Virus record (IMG/VR): IMGVR_UViG_3300043438_000976
Coordinates: 36,027 to 100,026 of that record
Strand: one strand, 5' to 3'
Source of the DNA: a virus
Taxonomy: Duplodnaviria > Heunggongvirae > Uroviricota > Caudoviricetes
Length of the DNA: 64,000 bases
Below the pieces are notes generated by a model, which saw nothing but the letters and a program-made list of their open reading frames with translations, searched no databases and was not told the DNA's origin. Below are positions 13,601 to 21,666 of the stretch, piece after piece (the first letter of the stretch is position 1; every line of letters begins with the position of its first letter). The position numbers and the translations under genes are program-made.

Positions 13601-14126
13601 TATCCCGAATCGTACTCATTCCGTCATATATGCTCTCACTTACACTAGTGTTATCATATCTAGTAATACCGTCACGGTTAACAAAGTTCTCATAAACCCA
13701 CTTACGACTAACTGCATCCCAATCTGCATGTGGACCTGTGTTATCCATGTTAATGATACTAAATGCATTCTCACCGCTGATGTCTGCTGCTAGTGTTGGA
13801 TTCTTATCACTTGATAGGCTAGATGCAGTATTAACGATCCTGATTTCAGTTGAACTTGTAACAAAGTCAATGTTAATACCTGTGCCAGCTACTAAAATTT
13901 TATTAAGAAATTTATTACCTTCTGCGTTAACTTGTAAAATAGCATTGGGTCTTAATGTGCTAGGAGCTTCCTTTAGTCTTAAAAAGCTGAATCCAGCACC
14001 AAAACCTAACAATGTATAGATGTCTGTAAAGTTAGAGTTAACTTTCTGAAAAGCTGCATAGACGCTGTCGCCTGTTCCATCGTTTGGTTCGCTACCGATA
14101 TTGATAATCTGTTGATTTAGTGGCAT
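7641..14126 (-). CDS. Very large tail/baseplate fibre protein (gp9/gp10-like N-terminus, beta-rich repeats, C-terminal chaperone-like domain)
   Basis: 2161 aa. N-terminus INIGSEPNDGTGDSVYAAFQKVNSNF, several G.GY/PAVTF repeats, C-terminal YGDLAEKY...ALTGRVPCKVVG. Confidence 0.8.
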   Translation of the reverse strand: MPLNQQIINIGSEPNDGTGDSVYAAFQKVNSNFTDIYTLLGFGAGFSFLRLKEAPSTLRPNAILQVNAEGNKFLNKILVAGTGINIDFVTSSTEIRIVNTASSLSSDKNPTLAADISGENAFSIINMDNTGPHADWDAVSRKWVYENFVNRDGITRYDNTSVSESIYDGMSTIRDNVELLVSPTSSTHIVNKGYVDELVDNSGFASRQNFFVSLSGDDHQYSLPSYKRGRAFAYAFKTVNRAAEAAEQFIAASQIVLGPYQKTVSMSNGTANPVVTNITTSTLLDTSSFGIRLRLTLDPASFNIGSDPFINKSIFPGNYIIGASSEAVGLVEAITLDDVNGYEYYDITPVDYAKPYRMAVEPEPFSYNAYVTSGGEITEVAFLLDVADSIDIPDFWIGYKFVITNSSYGVISYGYISRIIQELDDDQNVRDTIVVEFRDGLGLQNGDVVDYDKWHVYAADFELNEELQWGQKQNKNQSTIMVESGEHNDQYPIKVPENCSIRGDEFRRSVIKPAPLEGTRLPGISSSKWANTYFFRDAQIDGIIVTQLNTATDYASAAGITISSTDNDSVTQTVTVTVDAGVVSTNWIGKIFKTTGAVSAQGEVRAVSSNTFAVSLAQNEVNFEKSAYNYTVGNTIAYGAWHIYEPFKYGYHYLRDASRPVNTLTTQTNSGGYNNAGSILLDNREFIKAECIGFLNATYPSFVFDEDKCARDIGIIVDSIAYDLTNGGNNRTINAGDSYRNVAVVKGSQLAETVAAINYINTIGQRIIKNQQPVTSYQAVEDQVFTDPVGGTLVSSGSDLILADLVQACSRIVNNDPDFNPPKYNDQMDVFLMNDATINRYISCQGHGGFMKVLDPDGQILAKSPYTQTASSFSKSKNRHVFAGGMFIDGFSGNTKMTPASITTASGTGYPVRINSALTTGSIGRPSVVPGEGYIRPQVPCFFVHSGVTYEVSFVSNFNPTNGTGSLNLNPLRPGGIATITNAGNIATGFKANAGTVPVRFSAPTQAGGLNATGTAVIGVSGNVSSVSVSFPGSGYTNGLFTFGTTQGCPNIVIGGARISWTRNSSGAITGYEIIDGGVGYAVGTVINFPSSGGTSAAATVASVDGNGTITAITIGTAGSGYNSDPAVTFGTGLAYVATVKPGFIVTAAHPLPSEITLITAGNRSMLANDFTQINDLGYGIFATNGGLVENVSMFTYYCYSAYYSLNGAQCRSIAGSTSYGLNGLKSEGSDPTEVPIAVRNKRSTSQIATITAAGTYTNKAEDATLYVTGLSYAPIAQSQLEVNHSGTVVLYNVKSAVQDTFDSTVYSLSLDDGQGQGLRAAIANGEKATLRIYYNQELLDVNAATLSRPSTVLTLDEDPTYVYRVLKYSDLGGDTALAESDTPYNYINLTPWTESNGLYRQGLGKLTITSGGAGFGSTTTNYTATIPAPSTAGTASVNGTATDTDLITISGASGTIMIGSRVTLTSGGADPNGAATYVTWVNSSSTQIRVDRTWTWPNSTGLTFSGTQAVGYGKANSSGQIFKVILTNQGAGYAGTSVSNITITGGSATATVTAYPDGETGNNRIKVVDLDADDQARIGAGLTASTPYYYIFGHAGNLYKITDYINSDETYNEWGEIVVERVSDGATLQHQVLATALKAGITSNQPGDITVRISTMRVTGHDMLNVGTGGYADSKYPNDLYGPPSNPPDSALETQEVGKGRVYYATTDQDGNFKVGKFFSVDQGRGTVSISAPISLTNVDGISFKRGQTLVQVFSVDGTLGGNSNNSVPTERAIQTYVNSRLGLNRNNTTAGVSPIGNGFLDRGGVLEMLDTIKMGDNRIVNMADPAADKDAVNRQWANLNYINTSGDTMVGTLVTQKLEPSANLTYDIGENGKRYVNVYANRFQGTATTAQSLDAAVTIQLSGDVTGSASFSGAGGINIVTTISNNSVALGTDTTGDYVSTGATSGYGLSGSTTGETQTFTVTSNGTSSNSASTLVFRDGSGNFSAGTVTATFSGNITGTPTVPSITKSGTNGTGDIGQSDNLFGTVYGTAYYAKYGDLAEKYLPDAHYEPGTVVVFGGAKEVTAAVEFMDRRIAGVVATNPAFKMNAELEGGVFIALTGRVPCKVVGKVRKGDMLISSGAPGVATAEKNPAMGSVIGKALEDYDSQTIGVIEVVVGRI

Positions 14127-14147
14127 AATTTCCTCTGTACTACACCA

Positions 14148-14154
14148 TATTTAT
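14148..14154 (-). promoter_or_regulatory. T4-like late promoter candidate (ATAAATA) upstream of the structural operon
   Basis: ATAAATA on the minus strand about 22 nt before the ATG at 14126, with a second copy at 14200-14206. Confidence 0.55.
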
Positions 14155-14287
14155 TCTGGTAAAATTCTGTCAAAATAACAGCAGGTAGTATTCTACAAGT
14201 ATTTATTTTAAGTTACTCAAAGGGTGTTAAATGAAATTCCTGTAATAGTAAATAAAGTATCGAGTTAATACTTTTAAGGAGATATCG

Positions 14288-14632
14288 ATGTTTAAAACAA
14301 TTAAAGAATTCTTCCTAGGCAAGCCAGTTGAAACACCGGCAGCACCCAAGGTTGAAGAAACAAAGCCTGTACATGCAAATGATGTGGTACTACAACCGGT
14401 AGTTGAGGAAGTGCAACCAGTAGTAGAAGCTAAGGTTGATCCGGTTTCAGTCGCATTAGATTTAGAACCAATGGATTTTGCAACCGCTACTACTCCGGTA
14501 ACTGCTAAGACGCCGCGTAAACCACGTGCTCCTAAAGCTGTGGTTGCAACTCCGGCAAAAGCCACAAAGCCTAAAGCAGAAAAAACTGCACCAAAAAAGG
14601 TAGCAGTAATTAAAGCAAAGAAGGTAAAATAA
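14288..14632 (+). CDS. Hypothetical protein with Lys/Ala/Pro-rich basic tail (histone H1-like)
   Basis: AGGAG SD; acidic middle and a C-terminal AKTPRKPRAPKA...KKVAVIKAKKVK; followed by a terminator. Confidence 0.7.
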   Translation: MFKTIKEFFLGKPVETPAAPKVEETKPVHANDVVLQPVVEEVQPVVEAKVDPVSVALDLEPMDFATATTPVTAKTPRKPRAPKAVVATPAKATKPKAEKTAPKKVAVIKAKKVK

Positions 14633-14657
14633 AAAAGGGCTCCGAGAGCCCTTTTTT
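14631..14657. terminator. Bidirectional rho-independent terminator
   Basis: AAAAAA-GGGCTC-CGA-GAGCCC-TTTTTT between convergent genes. Confidence 0.9.
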
Positions 14658-15672
14658 AATTGGTTAAACTGTAATCGTACAGTGTTTTAGAAGCTAGGTT
14701 TTTAGCTTTAGACTCGCACATAATGTCAAAGTCTTTTCTAAAAGTCAATGCCCAATCATTAACAGACTTGTTCCAATAGAAGTTGCTGTGTGCTCGCATC
14801 TTCTGTTTTTTGTAGCCGTTCTCTAGCAATAATGCATGATCAGGTAACGTAATTGGACAATGCCCTATTAACACATCTTCTCGGCTGACTGAATAATGAA
14901 TAACAGGACGAACGCCACGCCACGATTCAATCACACGCTGACATCTATCGTCGGTGGCTTGAATGTAGTCTCCTGTACGGATCCAGTGGTGGTGTATATC
15001 AAGTACGAGGGCACAATGTTTTGCGAGTTCGATACTTGAGTCGATTCCCCAACAGTTTTCGTCGTTTTCGATTGTGATGCAGTTTCTTGCTTCTGGGGAT
15101 AACTTTCCCAATGCGTCAATGATGCCTTCGGGGCCGCGTTTACCCGAGATGTGAACATTGATTTTAAGATCTTGGAAGGTCTTACCGAATCCCATCCAGC
15201 GGGCCATATCCACATGATATTCAAACTCCTCAATTGAACGTTCTACAATGCCGGGATTTTCACTAGCCAGCACAGTAAACTGACCAGGATGAAATGACAA
15301 GCGAACGTTATTAGTGCGAGCCAAAGCACCCACTTGGGCGAAGTGCTTTTCCGCATAAGCACGAACGTCTGGTAGACGCCAAAAGTAGCTATAATCAGGT
15401 TGGGTATAGACAGGAAGTATATCACTGCTAATACGTACCATTCGGAGAGATTCATCAAGTGTGCCTACTTTTTCTACTAGTTTGCGTACAGCTTCAATGT
15501 TGCCTTTCATTAGGTCCCACAGTTTTTCTTCTGCTACCTGTTGGCTTTGACGTTTGAGCCATGCCACAGTAGTAGAACCTGTGTTGTATTGTTTAGCATC
15601 GTCTGTAGGCTTAATACCGTCAATTTGTGCAGGATTATCAATCCATTTACATGCAAACCCAATCTTACCCAT
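14656..15672 (-). CDS. uvsE: UV DNA damage endonuclease
   Basis: Motifs KIGFACK, RISSDILP, RLSFHPGQF, ITIENDE, LVLDIHHHW, RPVIHYS, RAHS. Probable start is the ATG at 15672 (MGKIGF). Confidence 0.9.
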   Translation of the reverse strand: MGKIGFACKWIDNPAQIDGIKPTDDAKQYNTGSTTVAWLKRQSQQVAEEKLWDLMKGNIEAVRKLVEKVGTLDESLRMVRISSDILPVYTQPDYSYFWRLPDVRAYAEKHFAQVGALARTNNVRLSFHPGQFTVLASENPGIVERSIEEFEYHVDMARWMGFGKTFQDLKINVHISGKRGPEGIIDALGKLSPEARNCITIENDENCWGIDSSIELAKHCALVLDIHHHWIRTGDYIQATDDRCQRVIESWRGVRPVIHYSVSREDVLIGHCPITLPDHALLLENGYKKQKMRAHSNFYWNKSVNDWALTFRKDFDIMCESKAKNLASKTLYDYSLTN

Positions 15673-15673
15673 T

Positions 15674-15844
15674 TTATTCTTTCTTAGAAAGTGAAAAACC
15701 ACTGTCGTTATAATCTTTCCAAACTAGTACATCACCGTAGTCCCACCCCATTTGAGCCAATAGATCAGGAGGGAAAGGCATCATTAATTTTCCAGGATGC
15801 TCCGGATCTCCCTCTAGAGTAACAACCTGGCTAGTATCAGTCAT
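15674..15844 (-). CDS. Small AbrB/MazE/SpoVT-like protein (56 aa, not in ORF track)
   Basis: Manual translation MTDTSQVVTLEGDPEHPGKLMMPFPPDLLAQMGWDYGDVLVWKDYNDSGFSLSKKE, homologous to the N-terminus of the adjacent gene. Confidence 0.7.
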   Translation of the reverse strand: MTDTSQVVTLEGDPEHPGKLMMPFPPDLLAQMGWDYGDVLVWKDYNDSGFSLSKKE

Positions 15845-16307
15845 TTACTTGTTCTTTCCAAGTTGTAAAAAAGTTTTTGATTTTTGTATCTTCATCCCAA
15901 GAAGTACCATAGTCGTTGTCTTTATCGCACAACGCCAGTGCTTCTTCCTTAGTAACAACACGATGAGACACAATTTGTTCGCCGATATGTTCTTGGCTAA
16001 ATTCTTTAGCTTCGTTCATTGTTACAGTATCTAATGCCCATAGAGTTTTATCTTTACCGTACTGGTCTACACCTACTGGCACTTCAACCATATAGCGTTC
16101 ACGAAATGTGCTAACACATTCAACTAGCACCCATTGAGTTGGTTCTTTCTTTTTAAGTTCCCAAGAACCGTCTTTACGATCAATCCACTCTATCGTGTCC
16201 CCTTCTTTCCATCCTGCCTTCTCTAGCAGTTCTGGAGGGAACATTAGGATAGCATCTCCTGTTGCGGGATCTTCTTCTATATTAAGTGTCCAGTGTTTCT
16301 GTTCCAT
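15837..16307 (-). CDS. Protein with N-terminal AbrB/MazE-like domain
   Basis: LMFPPELLEKAGWKEGDTIEW pattern. Confidence 0.65.
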   Translation of the reverse strand: MEQKHWTLNIEEDPATGDAILMFPPELLEKAGWKEGDTIEWIDRKDGSWELKKKEPTQWVLVECVSTFRERYMVEVPVGVDQYGKDKTLWALDTVTMNEAKEFSQEHIGEQIVSHRVVTKEEALALCDKDNDYGTSWDEDTKIKNFFTTWKEQVND

Positions 16308-16590
16308 GATCTATTAATTTAACGGTTAGTACACGCATAGTTTTGAAACTACGCCATTCTTGTTTGTCTGTATCAAAAACCGGAACGGTTTCTAAATCTA
16401 GCAGACGGGTTTGATGATGTTCGCGAATTGCTTCACTAGGCATCCAATCTTTATGAAGCGTACACTTCATGACTCGAAGCTCGCCACTTACTTTAGTAAA
16501 CTCAACTTCACAAACACCTTGATAGAGGATGTCTTTAATAACTTGATACTGTGTTTCCACAGGGTTAGAGGTACCTGCAAAGTCAATCAC
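16282..16590 (-). CDS. WYL_2/DUF2693-like small protein of T4-like phages
   Basis: VCEVEFTKVSGELRVMKCTL...VPVFDTDKQEWRSF pattern. Confidence 0.65.
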   Translation of the reverse strand: MIDFAGTSNPVETQYQVIKDILYQGVCEVEFTKVSGELRVMKCTLHKDWMPSEAIREHHQTRLLDLETVPVFDTDKQEWRSFKTMRVLTVKLIDHGTETLDT

Positions 16591-16769
16591 ATTCTCACCT
16601 TTGAAAATTTATAGTTAACGTATACAAGAGCAAAGTTAACAAGTGCCCAAATGTAGTTACCGCGAGCAATACTATCAATGCCGGCAAAAGTCAGCCATCC
16701 AATAATAAACCAAGTAATTTGATCTTGATTATAAATGTACCAATTACGAAATGAATTCCACATAAACAC
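16587..16769 (-). CDS. Small membrane protein
   Basis: Two hydrophobic segments; lies directly downstream of a sigma70 promoter. Confidence 0.6.
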   Translation of the reverse strand: MFMWNSFRNWYIYNQDQITWFIIGWLTFAGIDSIARGNYIWALVNFALVYVNYKFSKVRM

Positions 16770-16786
16770 CTTTCTAGTAATATCTT

Positions 16787-16815
16787 ATTGTACAGGATTT
16801 ATGTAGCATTGTCAA
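16787..16815 (-). promoter_or_regulatory. Sigma70-type promoter
   Basis: TTGACA-17 nt-TACAAT on the minus strand. Confidence 0.8.
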
Positions 16816-16986
16816 TCACCAATGTCTAATAACACCAGCAATAATGAACAAATTGGTTATCATGTACACAGATACAATTAGTGTACGAATAAGGGCAATA
16901 CGATCAGCTTCTCGATCAGTATCGCCCATTTTTTCACCTAGGGCCTTGGCCCAAAGTCTCCATACTTTACGCAAATAGATCTTCAT
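16816..16986 (-). CDS. Small membrane protein (probable start MKIYLRK)
   Basis: LWAKALGEKMGDTDREADRIALIRT followed by a hydrophobic helix. Confidence 0.6.
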   Translation of the reverse strand: MKIYLRKVWRLWAKALGEKMGDTDREADRIALIRTLIVSVYMITNLFIIAGVIRHW

Positions 16987-17473
16987 TCCATTCACGATGA
17001 CCTTCACGGAATGCCATGTTACTTTGGGTTTCACGTACTTCTACACGATAACACCAAAGACGTTTGCTTTCACCGTCACCCCACATGTCTGGAATGTAAA
17101 CACCATTCACATACTTGTACAGCATATCGCTCAGTGCTTCGCAACCTAATGCTGGCAGTATTGTTAGCTTTGCTAACTTACGGCGTTCCATCTCTTTATA
17201 GAATTCTAGTTCTGGATCGTCGGCACTAACTAGGGTAGTGTGATCAAATTGATCTTCTAAGATTTTTTTAAGTTCTTTTAAGCCACCGTAGTCAGCCGCC
17301 CAATTACGAACGTCTAGGTCGTTAGTTCCAAAATAGAACTTCATTGAAAAACTGTATCCGTGATTTAGGTTACAGTGACTATCGGCTCTCCATTGGCGAT
17401 ATGCACATGGAAAAGCATCGTGATACTCTTTTGTCGAGGTGTACTTATATTGTACGGGTTGTAGATTTGCCAT
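16967..17473 (-). CDS. queD: 6-carboxy-5,6,7,8-tetrahydropterin synthase (PTPS/QueD family)
   Basis: HC...HGY and FDH motifs, GCE near the C-terminus, AGGAG SD. Confidence 0.85.
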   Translation of the reverse strand: MANLQPVQYKYTSTKEYHDAFPCAYRQWRADSHCNLNHGYSFSMKFYFGTNDLDVRNWAADYGGLKELKKILEDQFDHTTLVSADDPELEFYKEMERRKLAKLTILPALGCEALSDMLYKYVNGVYIPDMWGDGESKRLWCYRVEVRETQSNMAFREGHREWNEDLFA

Positions 17474-17503
17474 CTCTAGTCTCCTTTGTAAGGTAGCAAG
17501 TTT

Positions 17504-17552
17504 GACGACATGCAGAATTTATAAAGCGGGGTGAAAGTCGTTAAAGACCGCT
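17504..17552 (-). ncRNA. Candidate H-type pseudoknot leader (preQ1-I riboswitch-like) of queD
   Basis: P1 AGCGG/CCGCU, P2 ACGAC/GUCGU, UC after the P1 5' strand, C immediately before the P1 3' strand, AU-rich L3 (UUAUAAAU); begins at the predicted transcription start. Confidence 0.5.
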
Positions 17553-17559
17553 AGTAACT

Positions 17560-17588
17560 ATTATATAGGCAGATATTTATTCTGTCAA
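17560..17588 (-). promoter_or_regulatory. Sigma70-type promoter for queD
   Basis: Perfect TTGACA-17-TATAAT. Confidence 0.9.
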
Positions 17589-17592
17589 GTGT

Positions 17593-18672
17593 TTAAGCTC
17601 TAATTTCACCAAAATTCTTCCAAGTGCCCGGAGTGCCAGATCTGACACAGACCCAACCAATGAAGCCCTGTGGTAGAGGATTGTCATTCCATACAATGTC
17701 TCCTTGTTGGTAAGCACCTTGTGTTGGAGGTTCAACTCCACGCATCTGTAGCTTTCCGCCAATTCGAACATTCCCACCAACTTCAAATGCTTCAGTTGGA
17801 TTCTTCACGTTGATGGCCAGTTTACCGTATGCACGAATAACTGTGCTGTCACGGAGTTCATGTCCAAATGTAATATGGCCCTGTTCATCAATACTTACGC
17901 GAACTTGGTCATCTGTAATAATGTCCAGTGCCTTGGTATTCAGAGTACCGATGCGGCCACGGCCTCGATCGTCTGAATCAATAACTACTTCAACATTATT
18001 TGGATAATCGTAAACTGTAAACAATGCAGTAGGAGCATCTTGTCCTAGGCTGAATCTATTAGCAATGGGGTTGTAAAAAACAAAGTCGTTAAAGTTTACA
18101 GCACCACTTACATTTAAGTCACGGAGTGTTCCTACAGTTTTTAAACTGGAATTAACAATGCTACTGCCCAGGCTTTCGCTAGTAAGTACACTGGCACCAC
18201 CAATAAGATAGTTTCTGCCTTTGGCAATTTCGATGCTTTCTGTACTAAAGAATCGATCAGGACCAGCCATCAACACCAATTGTTTATTGTAAGGGGCACC
18301 TGGCCATAACAATCCTGTACCTACGTTTGTACCGCTTTCTCCGTGTGCAAACTCTAGATATTGCTTTTCATAAATCTGATTTGTGATAATTTCTGTAGTA
18401 CGAACAAATCCTGCATCTAGTACACCATAGATTTTAACATCCCCTCGGAATGTAGTGTTACCTTCGATGTTCTTTACATTCAGTGTCTGTACTGTAATTT
18501 TATCATCTTCTACAACTAACGTCTGTTTTGTAGCAAGATCTTTAATACCTGTGCTACCAAAATTGGTAATTGTTCCGCCATCAATAACATCGCCGCTAAA
18601 ATCGTTTTCTACAATTAATAAGCTGCCGCGTGGAATATTTTCTAGATTACCTGCATCAAATGTCTTTACCAT
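17593..18672 (-). CDS. Hypothetical, probably virion-associated beta-rich protein
   Basis: 359 aa; C-terminal PTQGAYQQGDIVWN.NP...GFIGWVC..SGTPGTW motif typical of phage fibre tips. Confidence 0.6.
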   Translation of the reverse strand: MVKTFDAGNLENIPRGSLLIVENDFSGDVIDGGTITNFGSTGIKDLATKQTLVVEDDKITVQTLNVKNIEGNTTFRGDVKIYGVLDAGFVRTTEIITNQIYEKQYLEFAHGESGTNVGTGLLWPGAPYNKQLVLMAGPDRFFSTESIEIAKGRNYLIGGASVLTSESLGSSIVNSSLKTVGTLRDLNVSGAVNFNDFVFYNPIANRFSLGQDAPTALFTVYDYPNNVEVVIDSDDRGRGRIGTLNTKALDIITDDQVRVSIDEQGHITFGHELRDSTVIRAYGKLAINVKNPTEAFEVGGNVRIGGKLQMRGVEPPTQGAYQQGDIVWNDNPLPQGFIGWVCVRSGTPGTWKNFGEIRA

Positions 18673-18751
18673 GGTGTTGTTCCGTAAATGTGAGAAGCCC
18701 CTAAGTGCTTTTGTGTATTTAGCACATAGGGGCTCTACAGTTTAGGAACGA

Positions 18752-19372
18752 TTATACGGGTCTATTTTCCACTACTTGATCAGCAAGACCGTGCTGTACA
18801 GCCTCTGCGGCACTTAAAAATGTGTCAAACTTCATAGTTTCGAACATTTCTTCGTATGTTTTCCCAGCAGTATTGTGTTTGACATACAGCTGAGTCAGCC
18901 GTTCGTTTACTCGTTTAGATTCTTCAAAACTACGTTTAGCATCTTCAAATTGCAGATCTTGTACATGAACTGATCCGCTTGTGCCCCGTGTTCCTGAACT
19001 AACACGATGGATCATTGTTCGAGCCTCTGGAAGTACAAATCGTTTACCCCTGGCACCTGCTTGTGCAAGGAAAGAGCCCATAGAGCAGGCTTGTCCCATA
19101 ACATAAGTGCAGACATCTGGTTTGATAAACTGCATAACATCGTAGATGCTAAGTCCAGCGGTGACTACTCCGCCAGGACTGTTAATGTAAAAATGAATGT
19201 CTTTGGCTGCATCTTGACTTTCAAGATGCAGCATCTGTGCCACAATCAAATTGGCACTATGGTCATCAACTGGACCATTTAAGAAAACAATTCGTTCGTT
19301 CAGCAGTCGACTAAAAATGTCAAATGCACGTTCTCCCGAACTTGTTTTTTCGATTACCATTGGTACTAGCAT
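18752..19372 (-). CDS. clpP: ATP-dependent Clp protease proteolytic subunit
   Basis: LVPMVIE...[32 protein letters not shown] (catalytic Ser), MIH, D..F. Probable start ATG at 19372. Confidence 0.92.
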   Translation of the reverse strand: MLVPMVIEKTSSGERAFDIFSRLLNERIVFLNGPVDDHSANLIVAQMLHLESQDAAKDIHFYINSPGGVVTAGLSIYDVMQFIKPDVCTYVMGQACSMGSFLAQAGARGKRFVLPEARTMIHRVSSGTRGTSGSVHVQDLQFEDAKRSFEESKRVNERLTQLYVKHNTAGKTYEEMFETMKFDTFLSAAEAVQHGLADQVVENRPV

Positions 19373-19403
19373 AATTTTTCCTTTGTTTATTGTAGCAGAT
19401 TGT

Positions 19404-20180
19404 TTATTTGTTTGCAACTAAATTTTTATCTAAAAATTCTTTTGTTCGTTTTCTTGAGAGCCTGTCTGCTTCTGAATTATACTCCATGTAATATCCGTAT
19501 GCAACTCTTGATGGAAAATTCATATCAAACGCATGGGTGGCATTTTTATACATGTGTGATTCATATTTCTCTATATTTGTACATAATTCTGGCGGCGTCC
19601 ATGTGTCCTTATCTCCAAAATGTATCTGCACAGGAAACTGTGGTCTTGACCAATCTCTTCCTATAAAATTGAAATACTTATTGTAACAGCTCGGATAATA
19701 TGCTATTGCGGCATCTACTCCGCTGACCCGATCGTTATTTGCTAGATTTAACACAGTACTGCCTCCGTGGCTAAATCCTATTACTGCTATTTTTCCAGTA
19801 TGCCAAGTTTGTTTTTTAATATAATCAACTAACTTGCCAATATCGTATGCCCGTAATTCGGGATTAACTGCATATCCTCTATGACAGAGGTTAGAAAAAC
19901 CTCTTGGCAAAAAAGAATCTACCATAACTCCATTGTAACCCCAACGACTAACTTGTACTAACCATTCTTTATAGGACTGATTTTGAGTGCCGTCACACCC
20001 GTGTGCAATGATAACAGTTGGCCTTGGAGTATTTTTTACTTCCTTAAAAACATACTTTTCCTCAATAGGAATTCCGTTAGTGTGATAGTTAGTGTCCTTT
20101 GTTGGATAATATGACTCAGGAACTGTAGTACATCCAACTGCCGCAGAGGCAAGACACATTATTAAAATAATATTCTTCAT
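19404..20180 (-). CDS. Dienelactone hydrolase-like alpha/beta hydrolase with lipoprotein-type signal
   Basis: GFSHGG nucleophile elbow, [12 protein letters not shown]; N-terminal AAVGC lipobox-like sequence. Confidence 0.8.
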   Translation of the reverse strand: MKNIILIMCLASAAVGCTTVPESYYPTKDTNYHTNGIPIEEKYVFKEVKNTPRPTVIIAHGCDGTQNQSYKEWLVQVSRWGYNGVMVDSFLPRGFSNLCHRGYAVNPELRAYDIGKLVDYIKKQTWHTGKIAVIGFSHGGSTVLNLANNDRVSGVDAAIAYYPSCYNKYFNFIGRDWSRPQFPVQIHFGDKDTWTPPELCTNIEKYESHMYKNATHAFDMNFPSRVAYGYYMEYNSEADRLSRKRTKEFLDKNLVANK

Positions 20181-20395
20181 TTAGTTACTTTAATTTTTGT
20201 CGTACACGCATCAATTACTTGTACTACTACAGGTTTTAATCGAGGGCTAATTTCAAAACTTTCTTGAACTTCTTTACATATAGTCACACATCGATTGTTA
20301 GTTAACTCCACAGCCATGTTAATGTATTCTAGCTCTGGTCCAGTGTTTAAGTCAATGGAGTATTTCCTCCACATAACTGTTTCTACAACATTCAT
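20177..20395 (-). CDS. Hypothetical protein
   Basis: 72-aa ORF overlapping its neighbours at start/stop. Confidence 0.55.
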   Translation of the reverse strand: MNVVETVMWRKYSIDLNTGPELEYINMAVELTNNRCVTICKEVQESFEISPRLKPVVVQVIDACTTKIKVTK

Positions 20396-21606
20396 TTAAA
20401 CACCTTTAAAATCATAATGTCCACATTCATACGCCCGTTCATAATAGTCTCGGTAGCTTTAATCTTACCAAACCAATCTGTAACTCGTCTCTGAGTGTTC
20501 TGTTCTTTAAACTCACGTAGTTGATCTGCCGGCTTACGCAGAGTTTTCTGGAAGCTCTTTTCAGTAAACTCAGCAATACTAGTACCTTTGACACTCAGCC
20601 CGGCTGATGTCTTAGCAATATAGATACCAATTTTTCGAGTCTTGCTGTTGTAAATAACTGCCGCCTGTGCTCCGATCAAGCCCGCAGCCGGCACTGACAC
20701 TACACCTAGTTTATCGTCAATAGGTTTAAATTTGAGTTTTGCCACTAGCTCTTCTGCTGGCTTAACTTTCTTAGCACGTGGCTTCTTTAGAATTTTCTGT
20801 TCGGCGGCAATCTGTTCACATGCAGCCATAATCATTTCGTAGAACTCAATCAGTTTCTTAACATTCTTTCGACTGTTGTGCTTATACGCTTCACGCAACT
20901 GTTCATCGGCATTACCACTAGCCAGTTCGGCTAGTTCATCAAAGTTTCGCTGAAAATACTGTTTAATAAAACGTGAGTGGGCGGCCTTGGCACCTTTACT
21001 ACGCAACAGATTAATAATCTTGATATCCTTGGGATTGAATGCTTCTGGGTCTAAGATCCAGCTGTCGATGGCGGCATCGAGTTCTTCGCTCATTGTGCCA
21101 GCAGCCTCACGCATACGATCTTGAATAGTAGGTTGTGCTACTGTAATTTTTGCAGATTTTATTTCTTTGTCATCTTCAACTTCGTCATCAGCACCTTGCT
21201 CAATTACCTTGGCAATTTCGTTTCGCAACCATTGTGCAGTGTCTCGACCTTGATTAAAGTCTTCATGAACTTCTGGCATACCACGAAGCAGGCAAGCGGC
21301 AACACTGCCCATAGTTGTACCGCAACGACTGTCCTTAGTGTCTTTAAATGCTTTGATGTCTGACTTGTCGTAGCCGTTTGCTGCCATCCAGTTGATAACT
21401 GCTGGCTTAAGATCCTTATTAGTCTTTTCCAAACGGTAGTAGGCCATAGCACCACGGAAGTGACGATTAAATTCTTCGCCAGTTAGCTCTGCGGTATTGT
21501 CCCACTTTGGGCTATAGTCACGTTTGGCATTCTCACGAATGCTTTGGCTAGTGATTTTTTCTTTTTTAACTTTGGGTTTGATCTTGATGCCTGCAACTGT
21601 TGCCAT
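20392..21606 (-). CDS. Hypothetical protein, probably early-expressed
   Basis: 404 aa with AGGAG SD, directly downstream of a perfect sigma70 promoter. Confidence 0.8.
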   Translation of the reverse strand: MATVAGIKIKPKVKKEKITSQSIRENAKRDYSPKWDNTAELTGEEFNRHFRGAMAYYRLEKTNKDLKPAVINWMAANGYDKSDIKAFKDTKDSRCGTTMGSVAACLLRGMPEVHEDFNQGRDTAQWLRNEIAKVIEQGADDEVEDDKEIKSAKITVAQPTIQDRMREAAGTMSEELDAAIDSWILDPEAFNPKDIKIINLLRSKGAKAAHSRFIKQYFQRNFDELAELASGNADEQLREAYKHNSRKNVKKLIEFYEMIMAACEQIAAEQKILKKPRAKKVKPAEELVAKLKFKPIDDKLGVVSVPAAGLIGAQAAVIYNSKTRKIGIYIAKTSAGLSVKGTSIAEFTEKSFQKTLRKPADQLREFKEQNTQRRVTDWFGKIKATETIMNGRMNVDIMILKVFK

Positions 21607-21637
21607 GTGTCGCTCCTTTGTGTTTCAGTATGTTATT

Positions 21638-21666
21638 ATTATATAGCCAATTGGGGGCTTTGTCAA
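21638..21666 (-). promoter_or_regulatory. Sigma70-type promoter
   Basis: Perfect TTGACA-17-TATAAT. Confidence 0.9.

Noticed and set aside
14227-14565. 112-aa minus-strand ORF
   Set aside because: It is the antisense shadow of 14288-14632, which has an SD and its own terminator.
17504-17552. SAM-II/SAM-V reading of the queD leader (shares UUUAAC and AUAAAU)
   Set aside because: The 3' GCUAAA-type SAM pocket and matching P2 register are absent, and gene context favours a preQ1-like call. An Infernal search would settle it.
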